64,000 nucleotides of DNA, taken from the NCBI GenBank assembly GCA_043800255.1, contig JAZDNF010000001.1, forward strand, positions 96,001 through 160,000. Direction: 5' to 3'. The notes beneath the pieces were generated by a model. The model did no database searches, was not told the origin of the DNA, and was given only the letters and a program-made list of their open reading frames with translations. This document shows positions 57,617-64,000 of the stretch, piece by piece; position 1 is the stretch's first letter; each line of letters begins with the position of its first letter. Position numbers and translations under genes: made by a program. Origin of the DNA: Candidatus Altiarchaeota archaeon (GTDB taxonomy: Archaea; Altiarchaeota; Altiarchaeia; IMC4; SCGC-AAA252-I15).

Positions 57617-59133
57617 CAGGGACTTTTCTTGGAGATTCTTAGAAGCGTTTCGTTGTTAATCGCTGAAAATATCGAATCCCTGTGCCAGTCCTCGTTCAAA
57701 AATGTACCGACGTTTTCGAAATTATACTCCTGGTCCATCTTCTGCATGAGTAACTCCCTGCCAGGGTAGGAGAAAAGGGATGTCATGACGTAGACTGGAG
57801 TTCCGTTCTCGAGGCTGATGTCCACGTCTGCAAGCATCTTGTCCATGCCCTCAGCGCCATCTGCGACGCTGTAGCCTCTGGCCCTCCTCTTAGCGTAGTA
57901 TTCTATGTGGTATGACTGGTCCATCGTCAGGATGAGGGCATTTGGTTCCGTGTTCTTCATAACCTCGAGCGCGAAAGCTTTTGGCCCGGAGAGCTCTGAC
58001 CTGAATTCCAGTATCGGCTGTATGGTGAAGAACATCCACGACATGAGGATTATGAGCACGATGACTGATGCTACGTTGCCTGCCCTCCCCCAAATAACGT
58101 CCAATGCGACTCCCATGAACATGACGACGGGAACCAGCGCCGGTATTACGTATCTGGGCGTTGTTATCCCCAGGTTCCCGCCATAGAGGAAGAATGCGAC
58201 CGCCCAGCCCAATATCACAAGGCTCTTGCGCTTTTCCCTTTTGAAGTACGCCAGAAAACCGGCCGCGAACAGCAGCCAACCTAACGGCGTGATTGAGATA
58301 GTAGCCCACTCCAATGATGTCGGCAGAACATCAGAGAAAATTCCCAGCCATCTGGCGTAGCCTGCGACATACCTCAGGGGTTGAATACCCTCTGACGTGA
58401 ACATCGGAAGATACAGCAGCAGAAACATCAGGGCTGCTGGCAGCAATAGCGTCAGCAGTTCCTCAGCAAACGCTTTAGGGTTCTTGTCGAGCATCAGCCT
58501 CAGGGCGTCTCCCTTCTTTTTAACCTTCACCGGGGATTCCCTGTAGTATATCAGCATGAAAAACGGAAGGAACAGCAGGTTCACAATCCTTATCGCGATG
58601 GCATAACCGCATGCCAGCGAGGCTAATACTGTGAGCCGTCTCGATTTCGTCCTGCTGGCTCTCGCTGAAAGATACGCTGCCAGCAGCAGGAAGAATACCT
58701 CTGTCGCATGGTCTTTGGCGTAGGTTGAAAGGGACAGGTAAACAGGGAAAACCGTCAGAATCAGTGAGGAGAATATCGCAGCCCTCCTGGACTGGAAGAA
58801 CTCCTCCACAAAGTAGTAGAGCATGACCACGCCCAGGGAGCCGAGCAGCACTGACGTGAACGTGCACGCGAACTCAGCGGACTCAGCTCCGGTGAGCGCG
58901 TGGTGTATGGCGTACAAGACGGTTGCGATAATCACCTGTCCCGGATATCCTGGCGGGTGCATGTAGTGGAGGTTCAGCGTCTTGAACGTGTTCTCCACAG
59001 CTATCGCCATAATCACGGAGTCTGTGTGGAATAAGCCGTCGTTCATGTAGGCGAAACGCGGCAGAAAGGCGATGACGAATATTGCAATCGGTATCATCCA
59101 TCTCTCTTTCAGAAAGCCCTTGGAAGAACTCAT
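57616..59133 (-). CDS. GT-C fold glycosyltransferase (GT39-like)
   Basis: FHTDS, HPPGYP, PRY.IP motifs, multi-TM with C-terminal soluble domain. Confidence 0.75.
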   Translation of the reverse strand: MSSSKGFLKERWMIPIAIFVIAFLPRFAYMNDGLFHTDSVIMAIAVENTFKTLNLHYMHPPGYPGQVIIATVLYAIHHALTGAESAEFACTFTSVLLGSLGVVMLYYFVEEFFQSRRAAIFSSLILTVFPVYLSLSTYAKDHATEVFFLLLAAYLSARASRTKSRRLTVLASLACGYAIAIRIVNLLFLPFFMLIYYRESPVKVKKKGDALRLMLDKNPKAFAEELLTLLLPAALMFLLLYLPMFTSEGIQPLRYVAGYARWLGIFSDVLPTSLEWATISITPLGWLLFAAGFLAYFKREKRKSLVILGWAVAFFLYGGNLGITTPRYVIPALVPVVMFMGVALDVIWGRAGNVASVIVLIILMSWMFFTIQPILEFRSELSGPKAFALEVMKNTEPNALILTMDQSYHIEYYAKRRARGYSVADGAEGMDKMLADVDISLENGTPVYVMTSLFSYPGRELLMQKMDQEYNFENVGTFLNEDWHRDSIFSAINNETLLRISKKSP

Positions 59134-59897
59134 CTTATATAATAGGGCGACTCGTCAAGAAACTTCTGCTGGCTGTCCTCAAGCTGCTTCTGGGTGGACA
59201 GCATCTTGCTGATCTTGCTTAGCTGCTTCTCAGTCTCCTTGGCCTTCTCGGCCAGGGCTGACATGTCAATCTCGATGTCCAGGATCTTCGTCAGGACGTC
59301 CAGCACAGCCTCGGCGGATTTTGCGTCTATTATCTGCCCGTGTGTCTCGCCCATAAGGCACACTGCTTCGATGTTGTGCTGCATTCCCAGCCCTAGCAGA
59401 AGTCCGGAGGCCCCGAATATGGCGCCGCCGCCCTTGAAGATGATGCCGTACTTCTCGAACTCCTTCACCAGCTTCAGGTCGGTTGCCGCGCCGAACACTT
59501 TCGGGTTTCTCGTGATGTTCCCAGTCCCCAGGCCTCCGAGGGTGAAGATCCTCTTGAGGTTGAATTTTTTCCCGACTTCGATGGTCTTCTCCGCCAGATT
59601 ATACTGGCTTTCAGGCGTTATGCCCTGGAAGTCCCCTATTAGTAGTATGATGTCGCCGCCCTCCCTCTTGTGGTAGTACAGCTCCATGTTGACCAGTTTA
59701 ACGGTGCCGTCGTCCTTTATCATAACCTGGGGCGGCAGGTACGGTGAGTATATCTCAGCGAACTTCTTAGCCTTAATCTCGTCGAGCATGTGGTCTGCAG
59801 CCAGCTTCCCTACCAGGCCTATCCCCGGCAGACCCTCTATCATTATCGTGTTGTTCAGCTTCGGCTGCTCGAAGAATATCACCTTGACGTCATCCAT
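59130..59897 (-). CDS. PAC2 family proteasome assembly chaperone
   Basis: EGLPGIGLVGK, LGGL, GASGLL, CLMGET, C-terminal YIR. Confidence 0.92.
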   Translation of the reverse strand: MDDVKVIFFEQPKLNNTIMIEGLPGIGLVGKLAADHMLDEIKAKKFAEIYSPYLPPQVMIKDDGTVKLVNMELYYHKREGGDIILLIGDFQGITPESQYNLAEKTIEVGKKFNLKRIFTLGGLGTGNITRNPKVFGAATDLKLVKEFEKYGIIFKGGGAIFGASGLLLGLGMQHNIEAVCLMGETHGQIIDAKSAEAVLDVLTKILDIEIDMSALAEKAKETEKQLSKISKMLSTQKQLEDSQQKFLDESPYYIR

Positions 59898-60054
59898 CCT
59901 CAATCAACGCTGTCATGCGCCTCCTGTATTCTCCGTACTTGTCCTCAGGCGAGTATTTTGGAGGAACGACCGTCTTCGCCCTTGCGCCGCATTTCGGGCA
60001 CGCGCTCTTTAGTGTGTATTCCCCGCACTTCTCGCACTTCAGCATGTTGTTCAT
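59890..60054 (-). CDS. nop10: H/ACA RNP protein Nop10
   Basis: Manual translation MNNMLKCEKCGEYTLKSACPKCGARAKTVVPPKYSPEDKYGEYRRRMTALIEDG; usual position between eIF2-alpha and PAC2; below the ORF-track cutoff. Confidence 0.93.
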   Translation of the reverse strand: MNNMLKCEKCGEYTLKSACPKCGARAKTVVPPKYSPEDKYGEYRRRMTALIEDG

Positions 60055-60842
60055 TTGCTCGGGAGCGACCTGTGGAAAACCCCCTCACCACCGTTTTTTT
60101 CCATGTATCCTATCCCATCCTCTATTGCCTTCTCAAGCACCTTCTCCGCCGTCTTATACTCTTTCGCCCTGACTTTGACCGAGTATAACGGAGCCGAGGT
60201 GTAGCTTACCTCGATCGTGCTGTCCGTCTTGTAGCCTGAAATCCTGCCCAGAGTCTCCCGTATTGTGTCAATGCCGTTCGGTTTATAAGTTTTAAGCTCG
60301 GCATAGCCGTTTATGCTGACATAAGGCGCTTTTATGTTCTTCTGAATCAGCTCAAGAAGCTTCTTCTTCCACTTTTCAGGAATCTTCCACGAGTCCACGA
60401 CCTTATTGTCTGCAGCAGCAGCCTCAAATGCGCCGTACATTGAGTCATAGTCGTTGCCTATCTCCTTGGAAATCCTCGTGAGCACTTCATTGGAATCCAA
60501 CTTCAGCTCTGCGGCTAGAACCCCTACCAGCTTCTCAGACCGCTGGAACTTTTTGGCATCCTTCAGTTTTGCCTTCTTCTGGGATTCAGTGACCCGCCTC
60601 AGCGAGAGGTCTATGTGCCCCTTCTGGTCGTCGACGTTCAAAACCATGAGGACGACCTTCTGGCCCTCCCTCACGTAGTCTCTGATGTTCCTGACCCACT
60701 TCAGCGATATCTCCGACAGGTGGAGCATGCCCCTCTTGCTGCCGTATTCGTCCAGGGTTATGAACGCCCCCTGCTTGAAAATCTCCTTGACAGTCCCTAT
60801 CACGAACTCCCCAACCTCTGGAAAATCTCCCGCAGCCTTCAT
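60051..60842 (-). CDS. eif2a: Translation initiation factor 2 subunit alpha
   Basis: FPEVGEFVIGTV S1 domain, LHLSEIS..WVRNIRD, KGHIDLSLRRV, APLY. Confidence 0.96.
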   Translation of the reverse strand: MKAAGDFPEVGEFVIGTVKEIFKQGAFITLDEYGSKRGMLHLSEISLKWVRNIRDYVREGQKVVLMVLNVDDQKGHIDLSLRRVTESQKKAKLKDAKKFQRSEKLVGVLAAELKLDSNEVLTRISKEIGNDYDSMYGAFEAAAADNKVVDSWKIPEKWKKKLLELIQKNIKAPYVSINGYAELKTYKPNGIDTIRETLGRISGYKTDSTIEVSYTSAPLYSVKVRAKEYKTAEKVLEKAIEDGIGYMEKNGGEGVFHRSLPSK

Positions 60843-60895
60843 GTTTTTGATGTGTATGTATGGTTTTAATAAATAATAAAGCCAATATTAAGATT

Positions 60896-61375
60896 ATGCG
60901 TTCGCACATTTTCATCGCGTTGGTCGAGCACAAGCCGGGAGTCCTGCAGAGGGTCGCCTCGATGTTCAGCAGGAGGCGCTTCAACATAGAGAGCATCACC
61001 GTCGGACCCACCGACAACAATAACATTGCGAGGATGACCATCCTCACGGAGGGCGATGACAAGATACTGGAGCAGATCACCAAGCAGATGAACAAGCTCT
61101 CCTGCGTCATAAAGGTCATCGACGTCGGAAGAGAGGACGCCATATGCAGGGAACTGTGCCTTGTGAAAATCCACGCCCCCGAGGAGAAGTCCAAAAGCCA
61201 GGTCATACAGTACGTTAACGTCTTCAGGGGCAGCGTCGTCGACGTGAATCCCAAGTCGATAACCGTTGAGATAACAGGCGACTCGGAGAAGGTTGACGCT
61301 TTCATACAGCTTGTCAGGCCCCTCGGCGTCAAGGAAGTCTCCAGGACGGGGATGACTGCAATGCAGCGGGGTTAG
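60896..61375 (+). CDS. ilvH: Acetolactate synthase small subunit
   Basis: VEHKPGVLQRVASMFSRRRFNIESITVG, RELCLVKI, RTG. Confidence 0.96.
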   Translation: MRSHIFIALVEHKPGVLQRVASMFSRRRFNIESITVGPTDNNNIARMTILTEGDDKILEQITKQMNKLSCVIKVIDVGREDAICRELCLVKIHAPEEKSKSQVIQYVNVFRGSVVDVNPKSITVEITGDSEKVDAFIQLVRPLGVKEVSRTGMTAMQRG

Positions 61376-62442
61376 TGATGGGATCCTCTTTAAGAATATT
61401 CAGGATATTCAACATCTTAGTGGAACTGCATTGGACGTTCGTCCTGTTCCTGTTGTTCCTGCTGTTCTTCATAGGCTTCAAGAGCTTCCTGTTTTTTATC
61501 ATCGTGTTCTTCTTCGTCCTATCCCACGAAATCTGCCACTCGCTTGTAGCGAAGGCGAATGGCATAGCAGTTGAACGCATAGTGCTGACATTCTTCGGCG
61601 GCATGGCCAACGTTGACATCCCCGAAAACCCGAAACTGGAGCTGAAGATGGCATCGGTTGGGCCTGCCTTCAACCTATTCGTTTTCTTGCTGGGCTTCCT
61701 GGCAATCAAGCTGTTGGGGCTTCCGCTTGCAGACTACTCCCAAGTACTGGAATCTCCTGGAGTAACGGCTTTGGACGTTCTTTACCTTATCGTCTACGTC
61801 AACCTGATGCTCGGGCTTTTCAACATCATCCCCGGTTTTCCGATGGACGGCGGCAGAATGCTGCGGTCTTTCCTCGCGTTGAAGATGGACTACCTCAGGG
61901 CCACTCGTCTGGCTGTTGAGGTCAGCCATTATCTGGTTTTCCCGCTTTTTGTGCTCGTTGGACTGTACACTGGCAATGTCTTCCTGATTGTCATCCCCCT
62001 TTTCCTGTATATGGCGAGTTCGGGCGAACTAAAGTTCATAACCCTCAAGAGGGCGTTCCAAGGTATGGCAGTCGGTCAGGTGGCGAAGTCGGATTACGTT
62101 CACGTCAACAGTTCGCTCACAGTCGGCGAGTTTCTTGACGGGTTCGCGAAGCCCTTGGAAAGGTACTATGTTGTCGTAGACGACGCTAAACGGGTGATCG
62201 GGGTTCTTGACCTGAGGAGCCTAGTGAACACTCGGTCGGACGTAAAGATAGGGGACAAGATTGTAAGCGACTTTCAGACTCTGGAATATAGCGTGCCGCT
62301 GGACCGGTCGCTGAAGAGGGTGCTTGACAGCGAGTTCCTGCTTGTTGTAGATGGGGACAAAGTTAAAGGTTACATCACCGGAGAAATTGTTGTGAAGACG
62401 CTGTTCTACTACAGCCTAAGAGGCCAAAAAAACAGTTTTTAG
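61375..62442 (+). CDS. Site-2 protease (M50) with CBS domains
   Basis: HEICHS, FNIIPGFPMDGGR, C-terminal CBS pair. Confidence 0.92.
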   Translation: MMGSSLRIFRIFNILVELHWTFVLFLLFLLFFIGFKSFLFFIIVFFFVLSHEICHSLVAKANGIAVERIVLTFFGGMANVDIPENPKLELKMASVGPAFNLFVFLLGFLAIKLLGLPLADYSQVLESPGVTALDVLYLIVYVNLMLGLFNIIPGFPMDGGRMLRSFLALKMDYLRATRLAVEVSHYLVFPLFVLVGLYTGNVFLIVIPLFLYMASSGELKFITLKRAFQGMAVGQVAKSDYVHVNSSLTVGEFLDGFAKPLERYYVVVDDAKRVIGVLDLRSLVNTRSDVKIGDKIVSDFQTLEYSVPLDRSLKRVLDSEFLLVVDGDKVKGYITGEIVVKTLFYYSLRGQKNSF

Positions 62443-62468
62443 TAATGTATTTCCAATAAGAGATCACT

Positions 62469-64000
62469 ATGGAAATCCCCGCAGGCTGCAAGTCTTCAGG
62501 GAGCCTGAGTCTCCTAAGAAAATACTGTTCTGTCCTCGCACTCATTCTACTCTACCTAATATCTCCTGCTCTGGCTGAAACCACTTGCGAGGTTACTCCC
62601 GACAGGGTGTGCGGTGACGGCGACCCATGGTATGGCACAATACTCATAAACGCGGAGGGAAACTATAATTCGGCAGGTTCGGCGGCTGTTGACATTAACA
62701 ACAATGTAATGAGCGGCGCCTCAACTTCAGACTGTTTTGTTAAAATCGTTGCAGTGCAAAGCGACGGCGACTCATGGTGCCTAACCCCCGCTGGCGTTGC
62801 GTATGCCTGTCCTAGCATGCTCAACCTGCATGTAGCTAACTACTCTGAAGCGTTCTCTGGCGAGTACAGCGTACTCGGCGACCCTATACTATATATCAAT
62901 CCTTCGACAGGGGTGCCTGACCCTGACAACGGAAACTATACTGTCGTTGACGCGGACTGGGAGTTTGTAGGGATAAACGAGTCTCATGAGGTTTCCGAGA
63001 TTTACAACATACGGAAGAGGGAGGAGCCTGATTTTTCGGTTGTGAAGAGGATTGTCGTTTACACTCTGGTCAGAGGGTGTGATAACATAGAGTTGATAGG
63101 CGGGATAAACTGTAAGAATGAGAAACTCACCCAGGTTGACTATGACGTATTGGGCGGGGAAGCCGATACCGTCTACTATAAGAACCTACAGAATCGCGGC
63201 TACACGCCGTGCGAGTATTTTGTGATAGACTATGGCAAATTCTACCGGTATCCTGGAGTCTATTTCGTCCTGTTGAACAAGTCCAAGTTCGGCTCTAACA
63301 GGGGGCTTAGCTACTATAGCATAGTGGGGCAGGAGGATTCGCGTAGGGGCATAAGCCGCCTCTACGAGGAGTCCATACGCTCGCATGAGTTTTACGATCC
63401 GTCTGATCGTGTATGCTGCAGGTATTCCACAGCAACTGGGGGGGTGAGCAACTATAAATGCGTCAGCTATGAGCAGTGCGAGGCTTGCGCATTCGGAACA
63501 AGCTGTTCTGAGGTCGCTCCGAGCTACTGTGCGGACCAGACGCCTATCTGCTGCGGTATGGACTGCAGTTCTGGCGACTTTAGGGAGTTGAGGAGCGTTT
63601 ACAATTCCATTCTTATCTGGAATTGGGAGGCCGGTCCTAGAGTGGTCGGTTGTGATCTCTGCGGGCCAGGTAACGTGACCTGCTCCATGGGGAGCTCATT
63701 GTCTGCGTATTACGCCCACCCGAGCAAGAACATCAGAATATATCCTCCATATTATCCTGATAGGTACTGCGGCTACTACTTCGAGCCGCGACAGATGATT
63801 GGCACGTGTGACTGCGTCACGGGCGAGAACTGTGGAGAAGACGACTGCGCGAGATGCTCTAGGATGGGCTATGGTTGCAGGTGGGATACTGCAGGAATAA
63901 ATGAGTGCTTAGGGTGTCACTATTCCATAGAGCCCACTGCCCAACCTGACCTTAAGTTGATCGACAAATCTGTCAAGAGTATTGAAACGGCTCTAAATGA
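62469..64000 (+). CDS. Large secreted Cys-rich protein; runs off the window edge
   Basis: Manual translation is open from ATG 62469 to the end; signal peptide ...ILLYLISPALA-ETTC; many Cys and N-X-S/T sequons (NYS, NYT, NES, NKS, NVT). Confidence 0.75.
   Translation, partial: MEIPAGCKSSGSLSLLRKYCSVLALILLYLISPALAETTCEVTPDRVCGDGDPWYGTILINAEGNYNSAGSAAVDINNNVMSGASTSDCFVKIVAVQSDGDSWCLTPAGVAYACPSMLNLHVANYSEAFSGEYSVLGDPILYINPSTGVPDPDNGNYTVVDADWEFVGINESHEVSEIYNIRKREEPDFSVVKRIVVYTLVRGCDNIELIGGINCKNEKLTQVDYDVLGGEADTVYYKNLQNRGYTPCEYFVIDYGKFYRYPGVYFVLLNKSKFGSNRGLSYYSIVGQEDSRRGISRLYEESIRSHEFYDPSDRVCCRYSTATGGVSNYKCVSYEQCEACAFGTSCSEVAPSYCADQTPICCGMDCSSGDFRELRSVYNSILIWNWEAGPRVVGCDLCGPGNVTCSMGSSLSAYYAHPSKNIRIYPPYYPDRYCGYYFEPRQMIGTCDCVTGENCGEDDCARCSRMGYGCRWDTAGINECLGCHYSIEPTAQPDLKLIDKSVKSIETALN

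Overview
Archaeal chromosomal segment, probably from an Altiarchaeota/DPANN-like lineage (inferred from gene content and style, not proven). Most of it is housekeeping: hisF, ilvB/ilvH, gatB, tyrS, TFE, aMBF1, EndA, Kae1, LonB, RadA, MAT, thrC, truD, thiC, rpl12, dapL, trpA, AglB, UppS, Nob1, PriS, Nop10, eIF2-alpha, and three intron-containing tRNAs (Trp-CCA, Lys-UUU, Arg-GCG). The stand-out feature is a tandem array of 11 divergent TrbC/VirB2-like pilin genes (47902-51716) plus a twelfth solitary copy (9832-10161). Each locus lies directly downstream of a paralogous GT-C (GT39/PMT-like) glycosyltransferase. All 12 pilins have one Cys before the first hydrophobic helix and one near the C-terminus, and no VirB4, VirB6 or relaxase gene is present in the window. 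Other notable items: six GT-C-fold enzymes including a PIG-B/GT22-like one; a tandem pair of Mrr-like proteins with degenerate active sites separated by a palindromic operator-like array; a tRNA-Arg with both ends duplicated; a box C/D-like guide in the tRNA-Trp intron; and families of short hairpin repeats, one of which extends the adenylate kinase reading frame. All calls come from motif recognition by eye; no searches were run.
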